Shown here one piece after another: positions 39,393-53,210 of a stretch of 64,000 bases of DNA. Under the pieces are notes generated by a model. That model worked only from the letters and a program-made list of their open reading frames with translations. It did not search any database and had not been told where the DNA came from. Both the position numbers and the translations under genes were made by a program. Location of the stretch: NCBI RefSeq assembly GCF_006345805.1, contig NC_042998.1, forward strand, positions 73,594,001-73,658,000, read 5' to 3'. This DNA comes from Octopus sinensis (lineage: Eukaryota). Position 1 is the first letter of the stretch; each line of letters opens with the position of its first letter.

Positions 39393-39565
39393 AAAATATA
39401 TTCCCGTGTACTCAATTAACAGCTAATGTTGTAATATAAAATACATCATGAAAATTATATTTCTGTGTGCTCAATTAACTGCTAATATTATAACATAAAA
39501 CACATCATAAAAATACATTCCCTTGTGCTCAATTAGCAGCTCAGATTGCAATATAAATGATATCA
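39393..39565. repeat. minisatellite, about 3 copies of a ~59-bp unit
   Basis: AAAAT...TGTGCTCAATTAACAGCTAAT...ATAAAA.ACATCAT repeats three times. Confidence 0.75.
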
Positions 39566-39889
39566 GGTTTTATAAATACCAATTTAGACATAAAAGACTA
39601 ATAATCAGTTATTTTCTATCTTCTATCTCTAATTGATGCTTATGATGTCGACTCTATAGTAGTATCTATCTATCAATCTAGATACGTTATCTCTATCTGA
39701 CTATATGGGTTCTCTCGAGTTATGTCGACATGTTTTCTCTCCATCTGTTTATGTGCTTTCTGAGTCTATGTGAATGTTCCCTCAGTATGTCTTAACTACT
39801 TGTTTTTTCTGTCTATCTCAATATTCTCTCGATATTTCTTATCTGTGTGTGTCCCTTTGTCGGTCGACATATATTCTTTCTATAATTAT

Positions 39890-40230
39890 GTGAAGCTCAC
39901 CAGTGGGATCTTCTCGCCTTAAAGAAATTTGGTAAAAGTCCTTGACACCAGTAAAGGTTCCAACAATATTTAGCATACTAATCTCTTAGCGAAACCACAA
40001 GCTACGAGCTCCAACTGTCTCTTATTCCATGGATTATTAGCTTCCTATCAGACCATTCAATCACATATGCGTAGGCGGAGTTTTCTCTCTACTCTACACT
40101 CCAGCAATTCAAATGTGTCTCAGGGCTCAGTTTTGCAATTACCTCTTATTTTTATTCATCAACTGCCTACTTCCCGCCACGTCCAACAATACTCATTTTT
40201 ATGATTCCCTCTATAACCTGTCCTAGATAT
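39890..40230 (+). pseudogene. old CR1/Jockey-type RT fragment
   Basis: WIISFLSDHSI...VSQGSVL...LFINCLL. Confidence 0.5.
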
Positions 40231-41487
40231 GATGGGTAGATATGCTGGCAAGAAGTGAAAATGTTAATTTGTTAGATGAGACTGCTCGTTGTTATTGCAA
40301 GATGTGAAGGTGTTAATGACTATATCTTGGATTTTTGGTGGCGAGATATCATGATAAGAAGTGAAAGTATTGACAGTTAGATGCGGTGGATAGATCTGAG
40401 GTTTTGATGGATAGATCTGAATATTTTGATAACTGTATACAATGACAAGATCCGAAGACTTGATGAGAGATATGAAAATTAAATCTACATATTTTGATGG
40501 TTAGATATGAAAATCTGAAACTTTCACTGGGTAGATGTAATAAATTGCATATGATCATTTTTTTATGACTTGACATGATGGATAGAACAGCACAATTCAT
40601 AGAATATGGTATTTATATATTACCGCTAAATATAACGATACAAAGAATTTAATGGCTAGAAATACTTTTGAAAACGTATTTCTAGTACTCTGTTACAGAA
40701 GTATAAGTTTATTAAGCATGATGAACCTGTGATAAAGGTTAGTGTTAAATCAAGAACAAAAAATGCCGCAAAGGCAACGGCAATAATGAAAGTAACACAA
40801 ATATTATCTATTAAAGTTATCTATTTCTCTGTAAACTATATCAAAATTTATTTCTCAAGCGCGAAACGAGTAAAGATACAGTTGAATGACCGTGTACATC
40901 TGTATTACTTGTAATCAATATTTTAAATAGAAACGAACGGGATCAAACAGCGAACCAGATGACATGATCTTATTCCATTTGCCTTTTACTCTGTTTTAAA
41001 CCCAAATAACTTATTAAATCAACAGCAATATATCATTTGTGATACATGAAGAAAACCAAGCTTCTCCATTTCCACTTAACTCGAAATAAACGTATAACAC
41101 GTAAATGTATTCACTAACCCAAAGGGAAAACTTACTACATCTGATATCCTATTTTTAGAAAATAAATTGACGCAACAGCTTCATGCCAGAATGTTACAGC
41201 TTCAGTATTTCTCAATGGAATACTCTTAATCCATATGTATACATATATACATATGTGTGTGTATGTGTGGGTGTGAATGTGTATGTATATAGATATATGT
41301 ATATAAATGTGTATGTATATATGTGTGTATATATATGTATGTTTATATATATACATCTATATATATATATATACATACATACATATTTATAGATACATAT
41401 ACATATATATACATATATATACATATATATATATATATATCAATATATATATATATATACATACATATATACTCACGCATGCACGCA

Positions 41488-41549
<62 letters not shown>

Positions 41550-42398
41550 TATATATATAATATATATATATATACATATATATATCAAACAGAGCAACAA
41601 GAGAAACTTCTAAACTAAGCGAGGAAGATATAAATATTCTATATACGTAAAAAAAAGTGACATAAATTCACTATGGAACCACAAACTGTTGAAGGATTTT
41701 TTTTCTGTTTTGCTTTGGTTATTTTTTTTTTTTGTGTGTGTGTTTCAGAATAATAGAATAATCTCATAAAAATATAACCACTCTGAGATAATCTCAGATT
41801 TGTCTAAACACGGCAGAAGTATACCTTCACACTTGCTTGTTATTATACAATTTCTCACCTTCCTATCTAAAACAATTATATCTCTTCTGCTACATTTGTT
41901 TTATATTTTGTTTCATCTATTTAGATATATTTCCAATATTTCAGAAATATTGTATATCAACTACATTCTGATCAAATATATTAGTTATAATGTTTCTCCT
42001 TCTTAAAGAAAAAGAGATTAAAAACATATTTCTGTAACAAATCTTGCAGAGTAAACTATCATAATTTCTAACAAAGAAGAATTATTCTGAAAAAAATCGA
42101 ACTGTGTCCATAGCCCAAAACAATTAGCGATGCACTTTAAGTAGAGGAGCGGAGCTTATGGGAATCTAATGATGATCAAAACAATATACTTGGAGAAAAT
42201 CCAAATAAACACAAAACGACACTTTTAAACAGAACGGTAAAATTATTGTTGCATATTGTACTAGTTTTTTCTTTGTTTTTTTCGTTCCAGTTTTTTGGAT
42301 AATTATAACTACTTCCTATTATTATTTACTGAATGTCACATTTTATACGATACGCATAAGAGTAGTAGTTTACGATGATGTTTTAATTGAAAAGAATG

Positions 42399-42471
<73 letters not shown>

Positions 42472-42577
42472 GTATATGAATATGTGTGTGTATATATATA
42501 ATATAATATATGTATATAAATACCTATATATACATACATATATATATATAAACATATATATATATATATATATATAT

Positions 42578-42760
42578 ATTACAGAGATGTACTTGCATAG
42601 CGAGTGACTTGATCTGAGATCGTGTGCTGGGACGAAAACAATTGCAGCGTGGACGATGTTTATAAGCCATTTAAGAAACACACAAAACCGTTAGATTTAC
42701 TTCATTTAAATTTAATTGTCAAAATATTTTCGTCGCTTTGAGACCGCGACCTCTTCACTG
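42578..42760 (-). mobile_element. short element between (TA)n and (CA)n tracts carrying a hammerhead-like motif (42716-42760)
   Basis: Minus strand reads ca-GTGAAGA-g-gtcgc ggtctcaaa gcgac-GAAA-ATAT-TT-tgaca, with palindromic loop ATAT. Confidence 0.45.
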
Positions 42761-42763
42761 TAT

Positions 42764-42834
<71 letters not shown>

Positions 42835-43865
42835 ATATATATATATATATATATATGGTGGTTGTCTACTCCTTATACAGAGTTTGACCACCTTCTATAC
42901 CTACACCTTAGCACCATCTGATGTGGCTTTTTAAACCAGAAAATGTTATGAAAAGACACCCACATGGATTTTTTATGTATATATGTACTTACTGAAATCT
43001 CAGTAAAATCCTTCAATTAGTTGGTTGGCAGAAACTTAAACATGCACTTGTGGCAAGATATCATGACTCACTCTGTCTCAAACAGATTCAGTAAATGGCA
43101 AAAAAAAGTTGGGAATGTCAAGGGAACAGGTCTGGCTTGGCAGGTGTCCCAGTGTATCACAGGCTGGACCTGGTCGTCATCTTGCCACTGTGGTCAAACA
43201 ATCTTCAAGAAAAATTAAAAATAAGCATTCTTTAAATATATAGATGTATATATTTTTACGTGTATAAATATAGGTGCAAATGCATATGTATATATAGTTC
43301 TTTATATATGATAAGGAACCCATGCACATGAAGAAGAACTCAATATATTAAATGTACAATGAAGTATGTTTTTATAACAGTGTCCATTAAACTAACAAGG
43401 GTTTCGAAATCGCTATGCCAGAACTCAACGTCGCTTCCTCGGAGAGTAACGAAGAACCATAAAAATAAACCATGTGTGGATTATAAATGAAAAGGAAAGA
43501 ACAATTTTGAATAGTATTTGGGAGAAAGGAGAGGTGTGGTAGGTTGGTTTAGGTTATTCTAAAGAAAGAAATGGCCCTAAATAAAAAAACAAATCTCATA
43601 AGGAAACCGCTCTACCCATTATTCACATGATACTTTACATTTTTTATTGCTCACATTTTTTTCTGTTTTTTTTTTTTATTTGATTAGCCTGAAGAGAAAT
43701 CATTGGACCCTAACTTAATAGCTTCGAACTATTTTGCCACTTGTACAATTATAGAACACTCTGTACTTTGTATGAGGCCGCACATACACACACACATTCA
43801 CTCACACACATACAGCTGTCTTCGTATATATCCTCCACATAAATGTGTATATGCGTGTATGCGTG

Positions 43866-43915
43866 TCTGTGAATAGAGTGTATATGTTTTCCAACATATA
43901 CACTCTATTCACAGA
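43866..43915. repeat. perfect 23-bp-arm hairpin with TTCC loop
   Basis: TCTGTGAATAGAGTGTATATGTT-TTCC-AACATATACACTCTATTCACAGA. Confidence 0.9.
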
Positions 43916-44875
43916 TACATTCATACATACATACATATATGTATGTATATGTTTTGCATGTATATGTATGTATGTATATATACATATATGTATATGTATG
44001 TATGTATGAATGTATGCATGTATTGTCCAAGTTTAAATCTGGTAAAACAGTTTAAAACATATCTTAGCTTCGCAATGTTTTCTCATTAAGAACGGTAAAT
44101 GGGTAGTGCAAGGTGGACTTGCTAAGGTCTTTATTTAAGATACGAGCAGTTTCAAATAAATTGAATTAGGCACAAAATCCCGAATTAAAATTCGTTTTCA
44201 AAGGAAACTTGATGTATTAATATCCTTTCTATATTGGTCGACGAAAGTTAATCAATGTTTTTTTTTTATTCGCTTGTTTCAGCGTATTTAAATAAAATTA
44301 AATACTTGACATTAGTTGTGCATTGAATTACGCATCATTTTTCCAGTTTGATCTAGTCTCTACACACCAGTTATTATTTCTGTTGACTGAAGTAAGAAAA
44401 TAATTTTCTACATCGATTAATCCGAAACTACGTTGCTAGGAAATCTGCGACCCAGGATTTCACTAACAAAGTTATTGCAGAGCAATGGACGTTTATATTA
44501 TATCATTCAAAATGATATCTTCAGGCAATTGTGATCTAAAAATGTATGCCTTTAATGAAAGCACGATCCGTAAACTGACCTTCCTCTTTTTCAAGATTCA
44601 ATCATAAAGACATCAGAAACAACCAAATTATTGCACTAAATATAACTAGGAATAAACTGTGTGGCAAACTTAGAAACACATCAGGCTCGGACATTTGTAC
44701 TTTAACACCATTTAAGCAAGGCTTTCATTAACTATATAATACGATGCTACAACGCGTAGACTGCCGACACTGTAATTGTCGACGTAATCATCCTCCTTCT
44801 CGTCATCATTAACTTTATCATCATCACTGCAACGACCACTACAAACACCGCCACCATTTTTCATCATCATCGTCG

Positions 44876-44937
<62 letters not shown>

Positions 44938-45372
44938 GTCATCGTCATTGTCATCATCTTCGACGTCGTTATTAACATCATCACAACCACCAGAACCTTT
45001 GTCATCATCCAATTCAGTTCATTACTACCACCACCACCACCACCACCACCACTACAACCACTTTGCAGTTTATGTAACTCTCAACTCAACCACTACGACC
45101 ACCACCACTACAACCGTGTTGTAGTTTATGTAACCCTCAACTCAACCACCACCAATAATTCCGTGTGTAATACTTCAAGAACTTTTAATGTTTCGTCTTA
45201 GACGGATAAGCCTATATATACGCAGAGCTATCTGATCAGTGCCTGATTATTATAAGCCCTTTTTTTCTGTAATTTTATCTCAGAGCTGCAGCCATACTGA
45301 TATATATATATACCTTGCAACTCCAAATATATTAATGATGTTACTGTAGTTGATGTTCGCATAAGAAGCAGG

Positions 45373-45414
<42 letters not shown>

Positions 45415-45415
45415 G

Positions 45416-45470
<55 letters not shown>

Positions 45471-45542
45471 CAGCAGCAGGGGCAGCAGCAAAGAACTAAT
45501 ACTGATTTATGCTATACAGAAATACATGTATGTGTGAGTGCG

Positions 45543-45575
<33 letters not shown>

Positions 45576-45702
45576 TATAATATACATACATACATACATA
45601 CATATATATAACACTGCATACATACATACATACATACATACATATAATATATATATGTGCGTGTATATATATATAATATTATATAGATAGATAGATAGAT
45701 AT

Positions 45703-45747
<45 letters not shown>

Positions 45748-45792
45748 CAGACACAGACAGACAGATAGATGGATAGATAGATAGATAGATAG

Positions 45793-45845
<53 letters not shown>

Positions 45846-45863
45846 TAGATAGATAGACAGATA

Positions 45864-48800
45864 AGTTTCTTTATTGGCCACACAGGGCTGCACACAGATG
45901 GGACAAGTTACAAGGTAGAGCTTTTCTTTTGGGGGATGAAAAAAAAAAAAAAAAGAAACAAAAAAAAGGAGTGGCGTAGGTTTTCGATCAAGAGGGATCG
46001 TAAAAGGGAAGAAAAGAACAAAAAAAATAAAGATAAAAATAAAAAAAAGAAAAAGAAAAAAAAAGAAAAACAGAAAAAGGAACAAAAGAAAAGAGAAATG
46101 AAAAAAGAAGAAAAAAGGGGAAAAAAGGGGAAGAGAAAAAAAAAACGATCAATAGGGATCGTGTATCACAGTGTTATGATATATGGTGTAAAGGGGAAAG
46201 CAAGTAAGGTTTATCCGTGGGAAGAAAAACCTACGAAAAAGACCACGGTAACCTTGGTCAATATTGTTATATGTTACCACATTTGTTTGCAAGTGGGTAA
46301 CCCTCTGTTTTCACTTTCTGGGTTCATAGGATTATGCTCAAGGTGGCTTCGTCATTCATACGTGCCATCCTTGCTACATTCACCCATCTTTTTTTAAAAC
46401 ATTCGCTAGACAAAACTTGCCTCTCTACTCTCACTTTCCTTTTCAAGTGGTACTTGAAGAAGTTGATGAGAGATTGACCAGAGAGGAAAGTGTTTGTCTC
46501 CAATCCTTTCAGACGCGTCCACCAGATTAATTCTTTCGCCATAGCCACAAGGATGATGAAAATAGCTCTTCCTTCCCGTTTGAAGGAAGGAGGCGTGACA
46601 ATATTGACGATAGACTCAGCTGATAAACCGACTCGTCCCACACGTGACAGCAATTGTTCGACATAAGCCCACAAGTCGGAAATTGTTGGACACTGCACGA
46701 GTGCGTGCAGAACGGTTTCGTCGCTCTGACCGCATCTCGGGCAGGTCGGCCCCGTGTTTCTCGAGCCGTGTCTGTAGAGCTTATGCCGAACGGGTAGCGC
46801 TTCTCGGTAGCACTGCCAGGCCAGGGATCTCTGGAAGTTGTCCATGGGCCCTGACCCGAAAGTCGTCCCGAATAGGCGGGTCAGGTACTCCTCGTCGACG
46901 TCCAGGTTCGTCGTCGTACCTCCCCTCCACTAATCCCCTATAGAATGTTTTGGTTGTGATGAAGTCACTCAAGGTCGACCCAGGACAGCAGAGTTGCTTG
47001 AGAGCTTGGCGACACTCGCGGTGCCATTCGCCCTTTCTCGGCCTCTTTTTGATCCACGACTGCAGTTCGGTCATGGAGACGAGCTGCGGGAAAGCGTGCC
47101 TCACAAACGGCGACCACACCTGTTCACCGTCGTCTACGAAGAGCCTGAGATGTCGCAGTCTCAGCGCGTGTCTGCGCATCATCAACCACGGCATGCCCAG
47201 TCCTCCTTTTAACGGGTGTTGACAGCAAATGGATCGCCTGACCATCGGGACGCATCCTTTCCACAAGAAGCGAAAGAGAATGCGTTGTAGTTTGGTGATG
47301 GTAGGGTCGGGACAAGGTACGACGGTCAGGCGGTAGTAGATGACGGACGCGATGTACGTGTTCGCCACCTCCGCCCGACCTTTTAGGGACAGTTTCCTCT
47401 CGGCCCATTGCCGGGCGAGAGTGACCACCCTACTCGTTATCTCGTTCCAGTTCTTCTCCACTTGGAGGTCCGGACCAAACCAGACCCCAAGCAACTCAAC
47501 CGGGCCGTCGGTCCAGCGTCCCACGACGAAGGCGCTGGTGGATGGCATGGGCTTGCTTCTCCAGGTGCCTAGTCGCAAGCCCACTGACTTTTCCCGGTTG
47601 ATTTTCACTCCTGTCACCGCTTCGTAGTTTTTCAGTGTCTCGCCGACCTGCTCGATATGCTCGTGGCTAGACACTATGACGGTGACGTCGTCCGCGTATG
47701 CAGACACGCTCGTCCCGCATCCCAGTTCTCGCGGGATGCCCCTCAAAGTTGCCAGTTTCCGCAATAATGGCTCGAGAGTCAATACGTATAGAAGCGACGA
47801 GAGGGGGCATCCCTGACGGACCGAACGTGCGATGTCGAAGGGTCTCGATAGATGTCCATTCGCCCGAATTACCGAACGGATGCCTCCGTACAAAGCGGCT
47901 ATCCAGCCGCGGAAGATGGGACCGAAGCTAGCCGCTCTGAGGACCGCCTCCAAGTATCGATGGTCCACCCTATCGAAAGCTTTCGATTGATCCAAATTGA
48001 TCAGCGCCCCACCCATGCCAGGTTCGTTAACTACCCTGTCTATGATGTAACGCATCAGGTGGAGGTTGTCATGGATGGTCCGGCCCGGCACGGCGCATGT
48101 TTGCGCCTTGTCGATCAGTTTCTCGATGACAAGCGCCAACCTCTTGGCTAGCACCTTGGCCAAAATTTTCAAGTCTGCATTAAGCAGAGTGATGGGCCTA
48201 AAGTTATCTATTACATTTCCCTTGTTTAGATCTTTCTTCAGCTGTGTTACGGCTCCTCGGCTCACAAAACCAGGAATGCTCCCGTTTTGCTGCCAGTTGC
48301 AGTACACCGCCGCCAAGAGATCTCCAAACAAGTCTGGCATACAATTGTAAAGCTCGTAGGGTAGACCATCCAAACCCGGTGATTTGTCCCTCGAGCATTC
48401 TGCCATCGCCTCCTGCACTTCCGCCACGGTGATGGCACCTTCGCAGCCCCCTTCCTTTCTTGTCGAGAGTCGTGGTAGGCTATGTAGATAGGCACTGAAG
48501 TCCACCCTACGTTCTTGCCCTCCACTCGTCCCGAACAGTCGGGCAAAATGCTGCTGAAAGGCCTCACACATTTTACTTGGCTCGAGCAATTCGCGCCCCT
48601 GTTCATCTACCAGGGACCGAATGGTGGCTTTGTTGCCCTGTTGCGCCTCTGCCACCCGGGCCTCTCTCGCGGCTCCAACACCTTCGTTCCTTAGAGCACG
48701 CATCCTAGCTCTGACAGCACATCCTTTCCTGTTTGGCGTTGAAGTGTTGGTCGAGGGCCAACTTCGCCGCCAAAACGTCGTATGCGATGCCGCTTCTAAT

Positions 48801-48928
48801 TGCCTCTTCTAGCTTCTTAACTAGCTCACCCTCAACTCTATTTCTATCTATGGCTAGTGCTTTGCTGTACCTAATCGCTTCTGCTTTTACTGCTCTCTTG
48901 AGGGCAAACCACCATTTGTTGTTGATGA
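45864..48928 (-). mobile_element. 5'-truncated copy 3 (~3.1 kb) of the Tx1-like LINE, 3'UTR type A, between (GATA)n tracts 45683-45863 and 48929-49051
   Basis: Colinear with 29352-32298 of copy 1; carries a 640-aa open RT frame. Confidence 0.93.
46324..48928 (-). pseudogene. partial ORF2 (complete RT domain plus zinc finger); an 11-bp deletion near 46910 shifts the frame
   Basis: ORF 46781-48703 has SPGLDGLP, NFRPITLLNADLKILAK, DQSKAFDRVDH, VRQGCPLS and AYADD; ORF 46324-46845 has CPRC...H...C. Confidence 0.9.
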
Positions 48929-48933
48929 GATAA

Positions 48934-49027
<94 letters not shown>

Positions 49028-49149
49028 GGATGGATGGATAGATAGATAGATACATGCTTTCTTTATACGCACACATATATACAAGATAATTATATATACG
49101 TATACGCACATAAGCAAATATATAAAATATTCAATGTGTATTAGTGTGT

Positions 49150-49312
49150 GTGTGTTTACATACGACGGGCATTTTTCCTGTTCCGTTTACCAAATCCACT
49201 CGCAAGGCTTTGGTCAACCCGAGGCTGTAGTAAACGACGATTACCTAATCCCTGCAGTGGGACTAAACATGAAACTATATCATGGGAAGCAAACATCTTA
49301 CAACACTGCCAA
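49150..49312 (-). mobile_element. decayed family-2 SINE
   Basis: Reverse complement resembles 54823-54985. Confidence 0.55.
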
Positions 49313-49369
49313 GGTGAATTAATAAATCCATTTTAATATATATAATAAAATATATACACGTTCTCTCTC

Positions 49370-49432
<63 letters not shown>

Positions 49433-49830
49433 TGTATGTGTGTATGTGTGTATATGTGTGTGTGTATATGTATATATAATTCCATTCTCAGTTCAGTTCA
49501 CAATAGATCATATTCATGGGAAGTAAATGTTTAAGCTGTTAAAAAAACTTAGGCACTTCCTTTAAACGCTTCGTGCAGTTTACTTCATTATGCAAACGGC
49601 GTCATTCTTCATGTGAGACTGTTGGTGTGAATATTTAACTGTTGAAATAGATAGCCATCATCATCGTGTTGCAGTTTATCTACTTGTGAACTTTAAAATA
49701 AATATTCTCTATCCATACTCTATTCTATTCAATCATTTCAAAGATAGCAGATAGTCGTCAACTTTACAGCGTTATGAAAAAGATATGTATCTTACGTGCA
49801 TACAAAAGTTTCGATCAAATAGCTGTACAA

Positions 49831-49867
<37 letters not shown>

Positions 49868-50099
49868 TTCACCCTCTCTCTCTTTCTCTCTCTCTTTCCC
49901 TCCCTCTCTGTCTTAAATGTTGTTATTTTTACTTCGATTTGGTAGTACAGGAGTAACTTATCATTGGATTTTGGTGACCACTTTAAAATTTCTAAATGAT
50001 ATCCTTTGTGCCTATGTGTTTACATACAGTAATGATTACTGCAATATTTCATAACATTTCAAAGTTTTCCTACACAATGTTGCATTTCAGCCTGCGAAG

Positions 50100-51680
50100 T
50101 TGATAAACTAAAATACCAGTCATGTACTGGGGTTAATGATACTGCCGGAATCAATGGGGTTAATGGTACTGTCATTGCCTCAAAATTGCCAGCCTTGAGT
50201 TCAGTTTTGCACAGTTTGTTACGGATGTCTACGTCCTGAGTTCAAATCCTACGGAGGTGAATTTTTGTTTTTCAACCTTGAGAGGAAGATAAATGAAAGT
50301 ACCAATCAATTACTGAAGTCAATGATATTGGCTAGACCCTCCCCTCAGAACTGTTGGCCTGTGTCTACACCAGTAACCATAATGGCGGTGAGCTGGCAGA
50401 ATCGCTAGGGCACCAGTAAAACGCTTTATGGTATATGTTTCGGCTCTTTAACCATTGATTTCTTATCCTGCCAAGATCAAATTTGCCTCTTATCCTTTCG
50501 GGATCGATATAACAAAGCACTAATCAAGTACTGGGGTTAATATAATCAAAATGTCTGACCTTGAGCCAAAATAAGTGCGATTGAGTGAGTAAATCACTAG
50601 AGCGTCGGACAAAATACTTTCTGATATTTGTTCCGGTAGTTTACGTTCTAAATTTAAATCTCGTCTACGACTGAACTTTCACTTTCATCCTTCCACGTCT
50701 CAGTCAAGTACTGCTTTTGACAAACCCCCTTCTCTCACGATTACCGAGCTTTTACTTAAATAAGAAAGAAGTATTTATTTCTTATTTAAGTTTGTCCCCC
50801 ATAGAGGGGGACAAACAAGGACAGACATACGGATTAAGTCGATTATATCGACCCCAGTGTGTAACTGGTACTTATTTAATCGACCCCGAAAGGATGAAAG
50901 GCAAAGTCGACTTCGGCGGGATTTGAACTCAGAACGTAACGGCAGACGAAATACCTATTTCTAAACTACCCACAAGGGGCTAAACATAGAGGGGACAAAC
51001 AAGGTCAGGCAAACGGATTAAGTTGATTCCAACGACCCCAGTGCGTAACTGGTACTTAATTTATCGACCCCGAAAGGATGAAAGGCAAAGTCGACCTCGG
51101 CGGAATTTGAACTCAGAACGCAGTGGCGGACGAAATACCCCTAAGCATTTCGCCCGGCGTGCTAACGATTCTGCCAGCTCACCGCCTTATAAATTAGATT
51201 GAAGTATTATTACACAAAGTTTCTATATGCGCCACATTTCCTATCATATTAAGTAATCATTATTTATTTAGATTATAAAAGCGGTGAGCTGGCAAAAACG
51301 TTTGCGGCGGAATGCTTAACATTTCATCTGTCTTTGTGTTCTGAGTTCACATTCCGCCGAAGTAGACTTTGCTTTTCATCCTTTCCGTACCGATTAATTA
51401 AGCACCAGTGGAACACTGGAGTTAATGTATTATGAAAATTTCAGGAATTGTGCCTATAGTTGAAATGGTTAGAAAGTGGAGAGCTGGCAGAATCATTAAT
51501 ACGTTGGTCAAAATGCTTAGCGGTATTTCTTTCACCTTTACGAAAAGAGTTCAAATTCCCTGAAGGTTGACATTTTCGTTCGATAAAATAAGTGCCAGTT
51601 GAGCACTGGGTGTGATGTAACAAATTAGTCATCCACCACCACCACGTTCAAATTCCAGGGTTTGTGTCTGTTGTATAAAT
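50100..51680. mobile_element. cluster of six or more family-1 SINE copies and fragments in both orientations
   Basis: Repeated GGCGGTGAGCTGGCAGAA heads and cores; a young minus-strand copy at ~50960-51190 has a partial tandem duplicate at ~50770-50960. Confidence 0.8.
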
Positions 51681-52320
51681 AACTATTTATATAGACTGCA
51701 GTGTACATAAGAGAGTTTTGGTGAACCAATTTTTATTGGCTGTTTGATTCACAGTAAAACTCTCAAAAAAAGTAGAGTCCAAAAAATGTTAATAGTGTCT
51801 ATTGTTGTACCTTTTGTAAAATTTGTCGTGTAGCAGCTTCTACATTTTTAATCGACCTACCAGAAAATAGCTACTAAGACTTCATTTTCTTCAGAAACAA
51901 CATTTTGGGTAATGTAGTACGAGAAACGTCGTAATGAACACGGTTTTAATGATTTAGGTCATTGGGGATATTTGCTCATAGATGAGCTGGGACTAAGCAA
52001 TAACAGCAACAGCAAATTAATCGTCATTTTTAATTTGTAGCTTTACGTTTAAAAATATCGATCTGTAATATAATTGCAAAATTAACTTGTGTGTGTATGG
52101 TTAATATATGTGAGTGTAGCCGAATACATCAGTCGAGTAGAAACGGTTAAGTATAATTTGTTGTTTATGTATTATTTAGTTCAAAGCCTGTGATTGCTAA
52201 GTTGAAACTCTGAAATTAACATTCACTTGCTTTTGATGATTATATATTTTAGAAGGAGTAATATAGTAATTATATACCAAAGGGAAATTAATGTAGTGAT
52301 ATACGCAGGAAGGAAAATTA

Positions 52321-52548
52321 ATATAGCAATACGCTATTATGCAAGAGTGTCGTAAGTCCAAAACGTTGCCTTTTCAGAAAACGAAAAAAATAGTTTCATC
52401 TTTTGATAGCTTTGTAAGATACCTTGAAAATTTTTGATATCTTGGCATCCGAATTAGCTGTAGATACGATAGTTTGGCCAAAAGAATTAGCTATTGCAAG
52501 CAAAAATAAATTTGGACATACGACAGTTTGACATAATCGGAACGATAT
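52321..52548. mobile_element. MITE with ~30-bp imperfect terminal inverted repeats
   Basis: TTATGCAAGAGTGTCGTAAGTCCAAA versus TTTGGACATACGACAGTTTGACATAA; TA-rich flanks. Confidence 0.55.
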
Positions 52549-52736
52549 ATATTTTTGCTTCAACTTATGTTGGTAGTGAAGTTGATGTTGTCAATATTTT
52601 TGTTGCTGATTGTGGTGATGTTGATGGTGATGATGGTAGTGATAATAGTGGATAATAAACCCGATTCAAATCTAAAGCCTTTCTAAGCATGCCGAACCTG
52701 TCTTATTATCTGATATATACATGGATATATATATAT

Positions 52737-52785
<49 letters not shown>

Positions 52786-52789
52786 TTCA

Positions 52790-53110
52790 CTTACGTCACT
52801 CATTAGACTGCAGCGATGCTGGGGGCACTGCCTTGAAGACATTTTAGTCGAAAGAATCAACTCGCATTTTTTAAACCCCGGTACTTATACTATCGGGTCC
52901 TTTTGTCGAACGGCTAAGATATGGGGATGTAAATACCGGTTGTCAAGCGATGGTGAACACACACACAGACACACACACATGCTCACATACGTACACCCAT
53001 ATATATATTTATGTGTGTGTGTGTGCCAGGCTTCTTTCAGTTTCACACAGTGGGACTGCATCCAGAATCACCTGTTTTGGAACCAAGCTTCTTAACACAT
53101 AGCAACGCCT
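52790..53110 (-). mobile_element. decayed family-2 SINE
   Basis: Reverse complement resembles 54823-55250. Confidence 0.55.
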
Positions 53111-53152
53111 CCACCTCTCTCTCTCTCTCTCTCTCCCGCCTCCTCCCTGTCC

Positions 53153-53210
<58 letters not shown>

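Noticed and set aside
39393-39565. CRISPR-like array
   Set aside because: It is a degenerate tandem minisatellite without unique spacers, in a eukaryotic context with no cas genes.
41135-42681. many YIYI/ICIY ORFs (similar ones near 14.7, 22, 38, 45.5 and 61 kb)
   Set aside because: They arise from stop-free (TA)n/(CATA)n repeats and show no coding signal.
43395-43740. additional hammerhead-like strings (CCGAGGA..GAAA on minus; CTGAAGA..GAAC on plus)
   Set aside because: Too many core mismatches and weak stems.
44712-45491. poly-Met and poly-Leu ORFs
   Set aside because: They are (CAT)n and (CAG)n/(TAG)n microsatellites.
45936-46397. Lys-rich 153-aa ORF on the plus strand
   Set aside because: It is the antisense reading of the LINE's U-rich 3'UTR.
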